Part shown: one piece after another, positions 1-10,684 of the stretch
How the letters are laid out: each line of letters opens with the position of its first letter
Position numbering within the stretch: position 1 is the stretch's first letter
DNA from: a bacterium
GTDB taxonomy: Bacteria; Patescibacteriota; JABMPQ01; JBDRIV01
DNA: 64,000 bases
Direction: 5' to 3'
Assembly (NCBI GenBank): GCA_043815505.1
Contig: JBDRIV010000002.1
Location: 182,943 to 246,942 of the forward strand
Position numbers and translations under genes: made by a program
Notes under the pieces: generated by a model
Databases searched by the model: none
What the model saw: only the letters and a program-made list of their open reading frames with translations
Told to the model about the DNA's origin: nothing

Positions 1-1960
1 TAAAAACATCAGGATGAGCTTTTTCAATTTCATCAAAGAGAATTACACTGTAAGGATTTTTTCTTACCTGTTCAGTTAACTTGCCACCATCTTCAAAGCC
101 AATGTAACCAGCCGGTGCACCAATCAATCTAGATATATTAAATTTCTCAGAAAATTCAGACATGTCAACTCGAATTAGTGCATTGTCATCACCATAAACC
201 TCACGAGCTAAAACTTTAGCCAATTCAGTTTTACCAACACCGGATGGGCCAAGGAACATGAAAGATCCATTTGGTCGGTCGGGATTAGAAATACCGGCAC
301 GTGATCGGCGAATGAAGCGAGCAATATCTTGAATAACATGATCTTGTCCGACAACATATTTGTTCAACGATTTCTCCAAATTCATTAATTTGTTTTGTTC
401 TTTTTTAACAAGTTTAGTAACAGGAATTTTTGTCATGGAAGCAATAATGTGAGCAATATCTTCCTCGGTAATTTCTTTCCAACCTTTGCGACTCTCACCA
501 GATAGTTTGCCTTTTACTTTTTCGTACTCATCTTCTAAGGTAATTTCTTGTTGGCGCAGAGCCAAAGCTTCTTCATAACACTCATTATTAACAGCCCCTT
601 CTTTTTGTTCGGAAATTTCGTCTAAGTTTTTTTCCAGCTCGGTAATTTTATTTATAACAGGAGATTCTTTGGCATGAACTTTTTTCTTGGAGCAAGCTTC
701 ATCAATTAAATCAATTGCTTTGTCGGGAAGATGGCGATCGTTAATATAACGAGCACTCATATGAACAGCGGCGTAAATTGCTTCATCAGAAATTATGACT
801 TGATGATAGTTTTCAAAGTTATCTTTTATACCGTTTAGAATTTGAACAGCATCATTTGGTTGTGGCTCTTCAATCATTACTGGTTGAAAGCGTCTTTCTA
901 AAGCTGGATCTTTTTCAATATGTTTACGATATTCATCAATAGTGGTGGCACCGATACAGCGAACTTCGCCACGAGCTAGCGATGGTTTAAGAATTGAGGC
1001 GGCGTCCATACTTCCGGAAGCATTTCCCAATCCAGCAATGGCGTGGATTTCGTCAATAAACAATATAATATCGTCATTTTGTTCAATTTCCTCTAAAAGC
1101 GCTTTCAAACGAGACTCAAATTCGCCTCTAAACATAGTGCCAGAGACAACTGAAGCTAAATCGAGGCTTAAAATTTTCTTATTTGCTAGTGATTTTGGTA
1201 CATCACCGTTGGTGATTTTCTTGGCTAATCCTTCTACCACAGCCGTTTTTCCCACTCCTGGTTCACCAATAATTACAGGATTGTTCTTTGAGCGTCGTCC
1301 TAATATGTTTAAAATTCTCTCAATTTCTTTATCACGTCCAATTACGGGATCAATTTTCTTTTGTTGTTTATCACTTGTTAAATCTTTGCAGAAAAATTCT
1401 AAGGAATTGTCAGCTGCTTTTGGTTCCGCTGGTGCCTGTTGATCATGTTCATTAAACATAGAAGTAAGGTCAGAAAATTTACCAGTTGATTTCATAACCG
1501 CAAATATTTGTTGGCGAATAAAAACCAAGTTGGAATCAGTCGAGCGCAAAATATTTTCGGCTTCAGTTTTATTTAACATTAAAATACCAAACATTAAATG
1601 TTCAGTGCCAGCAAATTTATGATTTTGTTTTTGCGCTTCGGTGATGGCTTTTAATATTGCTTTGGCAGCTTGATTGCCCAGTCGTAAATGATTCTGATCA
1701 GATGCAAGCTTCATCAATTTATTTGGGTTAGAAGCTTGATCTTTAGTTTGAATATATTTATAAATTGCTTCCGAGCTGGCGCCAGCTTTTTTTAGGATCT
1801 CATAAACAATTGAGCCTTCGTTTGTTACTAAGGCATATAAAAGATAACCAGTGCTGACTCTTACACTGCCATTTCTTTCGGCTGTATCTCGGGCGAGGGT
1901 TAGAACGTTGCGAAGTCGAGAAGAAAGTTTGGACGCAACACGAGGGGTTTTTTGTTTCAT
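1..1960 (-). CDS. Clp/Hsp100 AAA+ chaperone ATPase (ClpC/ClpB family). The C-terminus runs off the window start.
   Basis: The reverse strand translates to a Clp N-domain ([31 protein letters not shown]...). It has the D1 Walker [25 protein letters not shown], a short middle linker, and the D2 Walker [16 protein letters not shown]. The [14 protein letters not shown] motif sits at the window edge. The start ATG is at 1958-1960 on the minus strand. The track ORF 942..1442(+) is antisense to this gene. Confidence 0.85.
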   Translation of the reverse strand, partial: MKQKTPRVASKLSSRLRNVLTLARDTAERNGSVRVSTGYLLYALVTNEGSIVYEILKKAGASSEAIYKYIQTKDQASNPNKLMKLASDQNHLRLGNQAAKAILKAITEAQKQNHKFAGTEHLMFGILMLNKTEAENILRSTDSNLVFIRQQIFAVMKSTGKFSDLTSMFNEHDQQAPAEPKAADNSLEFFCKDLTSDKQQKKIDPVIGRDKEIERILNILGRRSKNNPVIIGEPGVGKTAVVEGLAKKITNGDVPKSLANKKILSLDLASVVSGTMFRGEFESRLKALLEEIEQNDDIILFIDEIHAIAGLGNASGSMDAASILKPSLARGEVRCIGATTIDEYRKHIEKDPALERRFQPVMIEEPQPNDAVQILNGIKDNFENYHQVIISDEAIYAAVHMSARYINDRHLPDKAIDLIDEACSKKKVHAKESPVINKITELEKNLDEISEQKEGAVNNECYEEALALRQQEITLEDEYEKVKGKLSGESRKGWKEITEEDIAHIIASMTKIPVTKLVKKEQNKLMNLEKSLNKYVVGQDHVIQDIARFIRRSRAGISNPDRPNGSFMFLGPSGVGKTELAKVLAREVYGDDNALIRVDMSEFSEKFNISRLIGAPAGYIGFEDGGKLTEQVRKNPYSVILFDEIEKAHPDVF

Positions 1961-2128
1961 AGTTTTAAATTGTGTTTTTGTTTTAGAGGTTGCCCTTTTG
2001 GTTTTGCAAGATTGAAGAAGACTTGCTAAACTAAGGGTACAAAAAAGAGTTATCTACTAGAACAACAATCTTGTTCGCCCTTCCTGTCCTTGTGCATAAC
2101 TCTTAGTGTCTACATTAAGTATAGCAAG

Positions 2129-2620
2129 ATGACAATAAAAAATCAAGAGGGAGCTGGGGATGAGCTATTTGAAGCTGAATTAAAGGCGGAAAAGTATTTG
2201 GCCTTAAGACAACGAACAATATTTGAAATAGAAAAATATTTGCTGAACAAAAACTTTTCACGTGAAACAATTACTAAAGTTATAAATATTTTAGTAGAGA
2301 AAAAATATTTAGATGATTCTAGATATGTAGATGACTATGTTCGGACAGTATTGCCACACAAACCAATGGGAAAAATATTGACCAAGCAACGTTTAATGAA
2401 ACGTGGTGTGCCAGTTGATATTATTGAAAAAAGATTTGCTAAAATATTTTCTGAAAAATTAGAAAATCGTTTAGCAAAAAAGTTAGCGGATAAAAAACTA
2501 AATATTATAAATCATTACCCCCGACAAAAAAAATACGAAAAGCTGGCAAGATATTTAAACAGCCGAGGTTTCCCGGCTGGAATTATTAAAGAGACTTTAG
2601 ATAATGTTATGGCAAAATAA
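2129..2620 (+). CDS. recX: Recombination regulator RecX
   Basis: Size and three-helix repeat pattern fit RecX (LALRQRTIFEIEKYLLNKNFSRETI..., DDSRYVDDYVRTVL..., ...EKLARYLNSRGFPAGII). I chose the internal Met at 2129; the track ORF starts at 2090. Confidence 0.7.
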   Translation: MTIKNQEGAGDELFEAELKAEKYLALRQRTIFEIEKYLLNKNFSRETITKVINILVEKKYLDDSRYVDDYVRTVLPHKPMGKILTKQRLMKRGVPVDIIEKRFAKIFSEKLENRLAKKLADKKLNIINHYPRQKKYEKLARYLNSRGFPAGIIKETLDNVMAK

Positions 2621-2683
2621 AAAACACCACGCTCAGTTTTATAAATTGGACTTAATAAAACTAGGGCGGGGTATTTAAAGAAT

Positions 2684-3160
2684 TTATTGTCCTTTAGAAT
2701 AGAGATATACACTGGTTGGAGTGAATTCTTCATAATCCATGATGTTTCCATCGTATCGTACATATAATGTATCACCAATTTCTATATCATCAATGGTAAT
2801 GATAGTAGTCTTGTTATCTTTAGATCCATTTTCAAGAATTGCGCTACGTGCTGTTAAATTAACGTCAGTAAGATCTAATGTTCGAGTAATAACAATATTG
2901 CCAGGATTGAATATATTATAAGATCTTACATAAGCATTCACAGTAATTTTAGAATTGTTAACTTCAGTTACGGTGCCAGTAATATCATCCAATATTGTGG
3001 ATTCTCCAAAAAGCTCTTCAGAGTTGTTTTCCAATGCAGTATCTACCATGGAATCATAATTGTTGTAACCAATATAGTATCCTCCCACAAAAATAGTGCA
3101 CGCTATAGATATAGCAATAATAATGTAAATTAATTTTGTTGTTACATGTATATCTTTCAT
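2684..3160 (-). CDS. Hypothetical membrane-anchored protein with an N-terminal TM helix
   Basis: 158-aa ORF with the hydrophobic segment LIYIIIAISIACTIFVGGYYIGY near the N-terminus. I recognise no family. Confidence 0.5.
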   Translation of the reverse strand: MKDIHVTTKLIYIIIAISIACTIFVGGYYIGYNNYDSMVDTALENNSEELFGESTILDDITGTVTEVNNSKITVNAYVRSYNIFNPGNIVITRTLDLTDVNLTARSAILENGSKDNKTTIITIDDIEIGDTLYVRYDGNIMDYEEFTPTSVYLYSKGQ

Positions 3161-3297
3161 ATTAATAAAATAATTATAATATATATTATTGTGTAATATA
3201 AAACATAATTTGTCAAAGTGGATAATAATGATTATGTTATAAACTTATTTTTTGTGGTATAATTAATTAACTGTTTTAACAAATTAACACAAAAAAT

Positions 3298-5394
3298 ATG
3301 CTTAAAAAGTATACATCGAAATATTTAATTTTTTTATTATTGTTGTCTTCAATATTTTTATTTACACCAACCTTGTCAAAAGCACAAGATTGGGCTGAAC
3401 CAACAGCAGATCCTCCTGAAAGCAATGTTTTTGCACCTCTTAACGTTGGTAATTTAGATCAGACTAAAACTGGAGCTTTAAACATTGGTAGTGCTGCTTC
3501 AGGATATCAACTACGAGTTATGGGTTCAGGTGATTATGGCGCACAGGTTTATAGTGATGGAATTACTTCACCTGTAGCTGGTTGGACCAGTGGTTTATTT
3601 GTTGGCAATAATGGGATTGTTTATGATCATGCCGCTGCTCTCTACGCAGAATCAAACAATTTTGGTTTGGTAGGAGTGTCCAATTCAAGCGGTGATGAGA
3701 GTGTGCGAGCAGGTGTACTGGGTGTTATAGAAGGTGAGCTTCCCTATATAAATGACGTTTCCAGGTATGGTGTTCATGGAATTTTGGCCGATGCTAATTT
3801 CCAAGGTGTTAATTATTATCATTCTAATGGTTTATATTACACTCCATTTGTAAAAAAGGCTGCTATGGCTGCAGAAACTTCTTTAACTAATTCTGTTGGC
3901 TTGTATGCATTTTCAGCGGAGAGCAGCGGTATTCAGGCGGTTAGCCAGGTTTTAAATTCAGAATCTGATGAGATAAGTAGAGGTGCTATTAAAGGAACTT
4001 TGAATTTTAAACCCAATCTACCATCAAGTCCAGGACTTGGTTATGACTCAATAAAAGGACATTTAGCTTATTTTGATTCAACTGGTAATGATGAGGCTTT
4101 TGGGGTATATGGAGAAACTGATGAAATCGGATATGGTGTAGCTGGGCGAGTAATTGGTTCTAATGGAAAAGCGGGTGTTTATGGTTATGCTGAAGAAAAT
4201 GAATTTGCTAATATTGGAGTAAGAGGAGGTGTGGGTGGATCTGGAATGCTTTCTGCGGCTCTTCCAGAAATGGCAGCAGGAGTGGCTGGCTTTTCAAGTT
4301 ATACAAATAACGCGCCTGGACTTGGTGAAGAAGATAATGATTATGGGTATAATGATACTACAATCAGGAACTTTGGAGTTACTGGAAGATTAACTGGAAT
4401 AAATGTAGCTCAAGTAGATGCAATGGAAGGTTTAGTGGAAAGACATAATTATGCCGGTTTTTTTCAAGGTCCACTGGTAGTTTCAAGTCAATATGAGCTA
4501 TGGGCTGAAGACGAGGACGGAAATGATGCTTACGATACAGGCGAAACAAGGTATGTTAATTTCGCTGTAGATCCACTAGATATATACGGAAATGAATCTG
4601 ACAATAAGTCCGGTGTTGTAGCTATTGGTACAGCTGCTATGGACTTCATCCAAAGAAAAAATTATTTGGTAAGTGAAAATCTCTCACAATATAGATTACA
4701 AGGTGCTTTGTCGGTGGCTGAAGACTCAGCAAAGAATGCAATTTATGCTCTTGTTGGTAGGGAGGATATGGGAGTTGGTTATTGTCCAGATGGTGAGTGT
4801 AGTCCGACTTTTGGTACAACAGGTGATAATGAGGTCGGATTTGATAATACTATAAGCACAAGTGTTTTTGATGAAATTCCTTTAGGGAGGGCGCCAATGT
4901 ATGCAATTAACATGTTGACTGCAGATACTGGCGGTGAAATAGCGGCCATGGTTGCTCGTCATGGAGGAAATGTTACAGGAACAGGAAAAAGTTATGGTTT
5001 ATATGCTGGTGCTGGAAAAATTCTTGATTCTACTCCTCCTAGTCAAGGAAAGGTATATGGTGTATATGCCAGAACAAATGAGGCAGAGGATCAAACAACA
5101 GGAAACTCATATGCTATTTATGGAGACGCAACTTCAGGACTTGGTTCTGGCTTGACTAAATGGGCTGGTTTCTTTGACTCATCTATAGATCAGGCTGGAG
5201 AAATTGCTAAGGTTGGACTTAGGTTCACAAATGGTCAAATAGCAAATTCGAGACTTGAAATACAAAGTCAAAATGGAGATGTTATAGCAACATTAGGAAT
5301 TGCACAAAATAAACTTGTTATTACACCTGGAGCAGCTGGTGAAGTTGTTATTCAGGGGAGTTTGCGCGTAACTGGAGACATTATTAATCCATAA
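3298..5394 (+). CDS. Secreted Gly/Tyr-rich repeat protein, function unknown
   Basis: The N-terminal signal peptide is MLKKYTSKYLIFLLLLSSIFLFTPTLSKA. The 698-aa ORF is rich in G, Y, A, S and N, with recurring GVYG / YGV / AGV-type motifs. It sits directly upstream of the pilus locus. Confidence 0.6.
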   Translation: MLKKYTSKYLIFLLLLSSIFLFTPTLSKAQDWAEPTADPPESNVFAPLNVGNLDQTKTGALNIGSAASGYQLRVMGSGDYGAQVYSDGITSPVAGWTSGLFVGNNGIVYDHAAALYAESNNFGLVGVSNSSGDESVRAGVLGVIEGELPYINDVSRYGVHGILADANFQGVNYYHSNGLYYTPFVKKAAMAAETSLTNSVGLYAFSAESSGIQAVSQVLNSESDEISRGAIKGTLNFKPNLPSSPGLGYDSIKGHLAYFDSTGNDEAFGVYGETDEIGYGVAGRVIGSNGKAGVYGYAEENEFANIGVRGGVGGSGMLSAALPEMAAGVAGFSSYTNNAPGLGEEDNDYGYNDTTIRNFGVTGRLTGINVAQVDAMEGLVERHNYAGFFQGPLVVSSQYELWAEDEDGNDAYDTGETRYVNFAVDPLDIYGNESDNKSGVVAIGTAAMDFIQRKNYLVSENLSQYRLQGALSVAEDSAKNAIYALVGREDMGVGYCPDGECSPTFGTTGDNEVGFDNTISTSVFDEIPLGRAPMYAINMLTADTGGEIAAMVARHGGNVTGTGKSYGLYAGAGKILDSTPPSQGKVYGVYARTNEAEDQTTGNSYAIYGDATSGLGSGLTKWAGFFDSSIDQAGEIAKVGLRFTNGQIANSRLEIQSQNGDVIATLGIAQNKLVITPGAAGEVVIQGSLRVTGDIINP

Positions 5395-5402
5395 TTTATA
5401 AA

Positions 5403-7148
5403 ATGCAATCATCAGAAAATCAGTCACAGCGGGAGGCTTTTGACTCAAATTCAAAAAAAGAAAAAAATCCTAAGCAGAAAATTCTAATTTCTGCTTTGGT
5501 GTTGCTGGTAATTTTTGCCGGTTGGCTTTTTTATCGCGAAATGCAAAAACAAGTCACCGTTGATGTTTGGGGAACTTCTGGAAGTGCATCAACGCAAAGC
5601 TTGGAAGATAATTTATCTTTACTAAAAGAAAAATTTGGCAGTCGCTTAACCATCAATTTACATTTAACTGCCAACTTAAATGGTGAAGAAACTGTCAGTT
5701 TACTTACAGGTTCTGTGGAAGATTCGGTGGCCCGACTTGATTTAACAGAAAACGAGCGCCAACTTCTGATAGCAAAATATGAAAAAGATAAATTTTGGGA
5801 GTATTTGAAATTTAGAAATGCCAACATAAATGATTTGGCTTGGGAGCGCTATGCCGAAATCGCTGGTGTTAATACCAATAAAATTAAAGAACTTTTAGAT
5901 GAAGGCAAGGGCAAGGAACTTCTAAAAGAATCTGCCGATGATTATAAAACTTTAAATGAAGAACAAGTAGAAACTTTAGCTGTGCCAGCTGTGTTTATAA
6001 ATGATGAACTTTATGTCGGTTCTTACGATTTACTTTCCTTGTCAGCTGCGGTTGTAAAACCGGTCTTAAGAATTGGCAAAGATAAATTAACAGTTCATCC
6101 ACGTTGGGGATTATTTGATGATGCGCTGTCCATTGGTTTGCCTTCCCGCACACAATATAAAGGTATTAACGAGTGTTATATTGATTTGGATTGTAATGAT
6201 AACGCCGATAAAAATGGAGCTTGTACCGACGCCAACACCGAGTCAGCCCATTGTGAGTACACCGAACCAAATTTTGTGGAACTGACAATTTTGACTGACG
6301 ACGAATGTTTGTCCTGTAACGAAAGTGATGTGTTTGATGTGCTAAAACTTAGCTTTAAAGGCTTAACCACAAAAACTGTTGACATTGATACCGAGGAAGG
6401 AAGTAATTTGGCTGACACCTACGGAATCACACTTTTACCTTCCTACATTTTTTCTAAAGACATTGAACAAACGGTAGCTTATGAAAGTTTTTCCCAAGCG
6501 CAGTACATCTCGCAATTAACAGACGGAAGTTATCTCTTAACTCAAAGCACGCCTTACATATCGCTCGAACGAACTTACACCGATAACACTTTGGATTTAT
6601 TTGTTATGAGTACTTGTCGTTATTCCATTGCTGCCACGAATGCCATTACCAAATTGGAAGAAGAAAAATTGGCTAAAGGAGAAACTTTTCCTAAACTAAC
6701 TCTCAATTATGTTTTGCCATTTGAACTGGATGAAAATAACGAGCCACAAATTAAAATGGAAAGTCTGGGTGGCGATTATGATTTGAACGAAGATAAAAGA
6801 CAATTGGTGATTCAAAAATATTTTCCTGATAGATTCTATGAATATTTGAGAAGTCGAGCAGAAAATATTACCGACGAAGAAGGTTGGAAAGAAGTAGCAG
6901 AAAACATGGGTCTGGATACTAAAATTATTGAAACCAGAGTTGCCTCTGAAGGCGAAGCTTTGCTTCTGGCTAGCGCTGAAAAAGGTGCCAGCATCGGTTT
7001 GCAAAATGTTCCTGCATACTTACGCAATAATGTAGAAATTGTAAATTCAATTCCTGACTTAAAAGAAATTCCTGGATTAGAAGAACTTAGCATTAACGAT
7101 GCTGAAATTGGACTTTGTTCACAAGTTGCCCAAACTCAATCAAATTAA
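5403..7148 (+). CDS. Membrane-anchored hypothetical protein with degenerate thioredoxin/DsbA-like segments
   Basis: N-terminal TM helix (ILISALVLLVIFAGWLFY). The segments AVPAVFINDELYVG and NVPAYLRNNVEIVN resemble the C-terminal PxFFING motif of the true DsbA proteins at 51269 and 52654. No CxxC is present. A Cys-rich stretch follows (CYIDLDCNDNADKNGACTD...CEY). Confidence 0.45.
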   Translation: MQSSENQSQREAFDSNSKKEKNPKQKILISALVLLVIFAGWLFYREMQKQVTVDVWGTSGSASTQSLEDNLSLLKEKFGSRLTINLHLTANLNGEETVSLLTGSVEDSVARLDLTENERQLLIAKYEKDKFWEYLKFRNANINDLAWERYAEIAGVNTNKIKELLDEGKGKELLKESADDYKTLNEEQVETLAVPAVFINDELYVGSYDLLSLSAAVVKPVLRIGKDKLTVHPRWGLFDDALSIGLPSRTQYKGINECYIDLDCNDNADKNGACTDANTESAHCEYTEPNFVELTILTDDECLSCNESDVFDVLKLSFKGLTTKTVDIDTEEGSNLADTYGITLLPSYIFSKDIEQTVAYESFSQAQYISQLTDGSYLLTQSTPYISLERTYTDNTLDLFVMSTCRYSIAATNAITKLEEEKLAKGETFPKLTLNYVLPFELDENNEPQIKMESLGGDYDLNEDKRQLVIQKYFPDRFYEYLRSRAENITDEEGWKEVAENMGLDTKIIETRVASEGEALLLASAEKGASIGLQNVPAYLRNNVEIVNSIPDLKEIPGLEELSINDAEIGLCSQVAQTQSN

Positions 7149-9550
7149 TGTTAAAAATCCTCACGGATAAAAAATTAAGAAAACTTTTTTTCACATCACT
7201 TATCTTTGTGGGGTTTGTTTTGGCGCTTAGTTTTATTCCCGCTCCCGATAAATTTACTCAAGCGGCGATTGATAATGAAGGTGCTGGCTGGGCGTGGTCA
7301 GAAAATATTGGTTGGATGAGTATGAATGATATTAATCCGGAAACTGCAACTGATGGTGAATATGGCTTAGATATAGACTTTTTTGGCCAGACGATGAGTG
7401 GTTGGGTTTGGTCGGGAATTGATGCAGGTGATGGTGCACCAGCTGAAGGCATGGGCTGGATTTGTGTTGGTGCTACTTGTCTTGATGAAGGTAATGAATA
7501 CGGAGATTTTCCTGGAAAAGGAGAAAATCCACCTGGAGCATCAATTGAAGGAACTGAAAATAATGATATTAATGTGTCTTTTGATGAAAACGGTAATTTT
7601 GTAACTGGTTGGGCTAGAATAATTTCTTTAGCAGAATATGAAGACGATATTTATAGTTCAGGCTCTTCTTGGGGATGGATAAGTTTAGCAGATAACAATG
7701 CGAGTGCGGATCCAGATTACGGTTTATATTTAAATACTTCCACTCGCCAAGTTGAAGGTTGGGCTTGGAGTGGGAATGGTTCAGATGCTTCAGAAAATCA
7801 GGTGGAACATACAGGTTTTGGTTGGATTACATTTAACGATGTTACAACTGGAACAAATGTAGGAACAATTACTGGAACGGTAACATATTTAAATGATGAA
7901 GATGTTAGAGTGCCAATTGCTAACGCTATAGTTACAGCGAGAATTGGTAATAATGTTGTAAGAAACGTAACTACTAACTCCAATGGTGATTATGTTATTT
8001 CGCAATTAGTTGATGGTAGTTACTCAATTGATGGATTTGCTTCAGGATACGAATCAATGATTGGAGCATCAGGGCTTTCATGTCCATCAACTAATATTTC
8101 AGGTGGTTCAAGTCGTGAATGTAATTTTAGTCTGAATTTTAATGATACAACGGGAGTAGAGTACCAAGATGTAGTTACGGGTCATGTGCAAGATAATGAT
8201 GAAAATAATATTGTTGGAGCATTAGTTTATTGTTCATCTTCAGTTTGTGCAAATTCAGATTTGAATAATGCCGCAGTTACTGATGTTAATGGAGATTTTG
8301 TAATAAAATGGCCAAGCGATATAACAGCCATTAATCTTGAAAGGGATTTTACAGCTGTTGCCTCAGGTTATTCACGACACGATCAGACAATAATATTAAA
8401 TTTGCCAGGATCAAATTCATTTCCTACTCCGTTTGTTTTACAGAGAACCGGCTTTCATACCACTTCCGGTTTGCCGTGGATGATGACTTGGGATGCTGAT
8501 ATTCATAGTAATAAGGCCGTGGGGTCAATTGCCACTTCTGGTCCTCCACTTGGCTTTGGTAATGCTACTTTCTTAATTACTTCCGGTGATGTAATTTCAG
8601 GTGGTGAAATTGTGAATTTTGACAGTTGGTCGGAACGTTATGCACAAGATCCAAAAACTTTGCAGGATTATCGCGAATTTAAAGCTGAATCCGTAAATGG
8701 CTCTTATGCTGATTTAGGTTTCCCATCCGATGGTGATGATCCATTTAGTGAAATCCCTTTTAATCAATATGTAGATATGTTGATTAGTGATGATGAGACC
8801 ATACAGTATAATAATACAATAGGTGGACAATCATTTGATTTACAGTATATACCTGAAGGAAATAATGTATTACATATTTCAGAAATATCAGAGCCTATTG
8901 CAAATGAATATGTTGCAATTAGAGGTGGGACATTACGTCCTGGTCATCACACAATAATTGCTGAAAATATAAATGTAATAATTAGAGGAGATATGTTTTA
9001 TGAAAGTGATCCATTAGGATATTTACCAGACGATCTACCATCACTGGGAATAATTGTTAGAAATGGAAATATATTAATTGTGGGCACTAGTGATGATCCG
9101 GATAATATAGTGAAACATACAATAGGTGCTTGGTATGTAGACGGAACACCTGATGGAGGCGCAACACCTGATGGTGAGTGTAATGATCTGGTCGTAGGTC
9201 TTAGTGGATACTATTTAGGAACAGACACAGGATGTATAGAAACTTCTATATATAAAGAAGATGGATATCATGATCAATCTGAATTTCCGAGTCATAGTCC
9301 AATGCAACTTGTTCACGAAGGTCTAATGGTAGCACGTGGTTTTGCTTTCAATCGACAAATCGATTATAGTATCGCTGGAAATTGTGATGATATAGAAATA
9401 AACAACCAAATCATTCCAACTGGCTTCAGTTGCGCAGCCCAAAATTCACCATCCGAATTCATTTTTTACGACGGCCGCGTTGTAGTAAATCCACCAGCCG
9501 GTTTCACCGATCCAACTTCCGACAAACCACATTTTCAAGAATCAAGATAA
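7148..9550 (+). CDS. Large membrane-anchored surface protein with GW-x-WS repeats and a carboxypeptidase-regulatory-like beta-sandwich
   Basis: I chose the Met at 7148; the track ORF starts at 7115 and overlaps the upstream gene. A TM helix is present (LFFTSLIFVGFVLALSFIPAP). The motif GWAWSENIGWMSM / GWVWSGID / GWARIISL / SWGWISLAD / GWAWSGNGS / GFGWITFND recurs about five times. The segment VTARIGNNVVRNVTTNSNGDYVISQLVDGSYSIDGFASGY is CarboxypepD_reg-like. Confidence 0.55.
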   Translation: MLKILTDKKLRKLFFTSLIFVGFVLALSFIPAPDKFTQAAIDNEGAGWAWSENIGWMSMNDINPETATDGEYGLDIDFFGQTMSGWVWSGIDAGDGAPAEGMGWICVGATCLDEGNEYGDFPGKGENPPGASIEGTENNDINVSFDENGNFVTGWARIISLAEYEDDIYSSGSSWGWISLADNNASADPDYGLYLNTSTRQVEGWAWSGNGSDASENQVEHTGFGWITFNDVTTGTNVGTITGTVTYLNDEDVRVPIANAIVTARIGNNVVRNVTTNSNGDYVISQLVDGSYSIDGFASGYESMIGASGLSCPSTNISGGSSRECNFSLNFNDTTGVEYQDVVTGHVQDNDENNIVGALVYCSSSVCANSDLNNAAVTDVNGDFVIKWPSDITAINLERDFTAVASGYSRHDQTIILNLPGSNSFPTPFVLQRTGFHTTSGLPWMMTWDADIHSNKAVGSIATSGPPLGFGNATFLITSGDVISGGEIVNFDSWSERYAQDPKTLQDYREFKAESVNGSYADLGFPSDGDDPFSEIPFNQYVDMLISDDETIQYNNTIGGQSFDLQYIPEGNNVLHISEISEPIANEYVAIRGGTLRPGHHTIIAENINVIIRGDMFYESDPLGYLPDDLPSLGIIVRNGNILIVGTSDDPDNIVKHTIGAWYVDGTPDGGATPDGECNDLVVGLSGYYLGTDTGCIETSIYKEDGYHDQSEFPSHSPMQLVHEGLMVARGFAFNRQIDYSIAGNCDDIEINNQIIPTGFSCAAQNSPSEFIFYDGRVVVNPPAGFTDPTSDKPHFQESR

Positions 9551-9561
9551 ATGAAAAATAA

Positions 9562-10629
9562 ATGGGATTTTTCTCAAGGCAAAGTAATAGTTTTGTGGGC
9601 GTAGACATAGGAACCGCATCCCTCAAAGTAGTCGAACTAGAAGATAAGGGAGGTAAAGCGCATTTAAAAACATACGGCATCACTCAAATTCCCAACGACC
9701 TAATTCGTAGTGAATCAGACAAGGTTGTACAAGAAATTGCCGAAGCGCTTAAAAAAACTATGCAACAAGCCCGCGTTTCATCAAAACAGGCAATCACCGC
9801 TTTGCCTGGTTTTTCGATTTTTACAGTTCTTTTGGATCTGCCCAAAATTCCTGAAAAAGAACTTCCTCGCGCCATTAAATTTGAAGCAGAAAAACATATT
9901 CCAGGTGCCACCTCAGAAATGGTTTTAGATTGGGAAATTGTTAATGAAGGAAGTATTAATAATACTGATACTAATAGCACTACCAAAGTAAAAGAATTCT
10001 ATAAAATTTTGCTCACAGCTGCTCCTAAAAAATTGGTTAACAGATATTTATCCATCTTCCAAAAAGCTGGTTTAAAACTTGATAGTTTAGAACCAGAATC
10101 CATGTCACTTGTTAGATCACTTGTTGGTGTGGATCCTAATCCCGTGATGCTAATTGATATGGGTGCTACGGCTACTGATATAATCATAGTTCTTAATGGT
10201 TCACCCCATTTAACCAGAAGTATTGATATTGGTGGTAATGTCATTACCGATTCTATTTCTAAAAGTTTAAATATCAGTGTGGAAAGAGCCGAGCAATTTA
10301 AAAAAGACATGGGTGTAAATCATCAAGCAGACGAAGGAATTCCTCAAACAATAATTCCAGTGGCGGAAAGAATTGTGACCGAAGTGAAACGTATCAACAA
10401 TATTTTTTCCGAAAAAGAAGGCGGTAAAATTGTTAAGGTAGTTTTAAGTGGTGGTAGCGCCAAATTACCAGGTTTTGCCAACATGATTGCCAAAGCTACT
10501 GACACCAAAGCTTATATTGGTGATCCGTGGGCTAGAGTTGTTTATCCAGATAAGCTAGCCTCAGTATTGAAAGAGGTAGGACCAGATTTATCTTCAGCCA
10601 TCGGACTGGCTATGCGCAATATTTACTAA
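9562..10629 (+). CDS. pilM: Type IV pilus assembly protein PilM (actin-like ATPase)
   Basis: The N-terminus SFVGVDIGTASLKVVELEDKG is typical of PilM. Size is 355 aa. PilN/PilO-like genes follow. Confidence 0.75.
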   Translation: MGFFSRQSNSFVGVDIGTASLKVVELEDKGGKAHLKTYGITQIPNDLIRSESDKVVQEIAEALKKTMQQARVSSKQAITALPGFSIFTVLLDLPKIPEKELPRAIKFEAEKHIPGATSEMVLDWEIVNEGSINNTDTNSTTKVKEFYKILLTAAPKKLVNRYLSIFQKAGLKLDSLEPESMSLVRSLVGVDPNPVMLIDMGATATDIIIVLNGSPHLTRSIDIGGNVITDSISKSLNISVERAEQFKKDMGVNHQADEGIPQTIIPVAERIVTEVKRINNIFSEKEGGKIVKVVLSGGSAKLPGFANMIAKATDTKAYIGDPWARVVYPDKLASVLKEVGPDLSSAIGLAMRNIY

Positions 10630-10684
10630 AAATTTAAAATAGGCTATAATTATATAAGATTTTAGGAGACAGAATAAAACAAAA

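Noticed and set aside
942-1442. 166-aa plus-strand ORF
   Set aside because: It lies entirely antisense to the well-supported Clp ATPase gene. Its low-complexity translation mirrors the Clp codons.
9684-9986. Antisense small ORFs inside pilM, pilB, the large surface protein genes and others
   Set aside because: They are wholly embedded antisense in long, well-supported genes. Examples in the track are 9684..9986, 12801..13037, 13604..13858, 46987..47193, 58083..58292 and 59636..59845.
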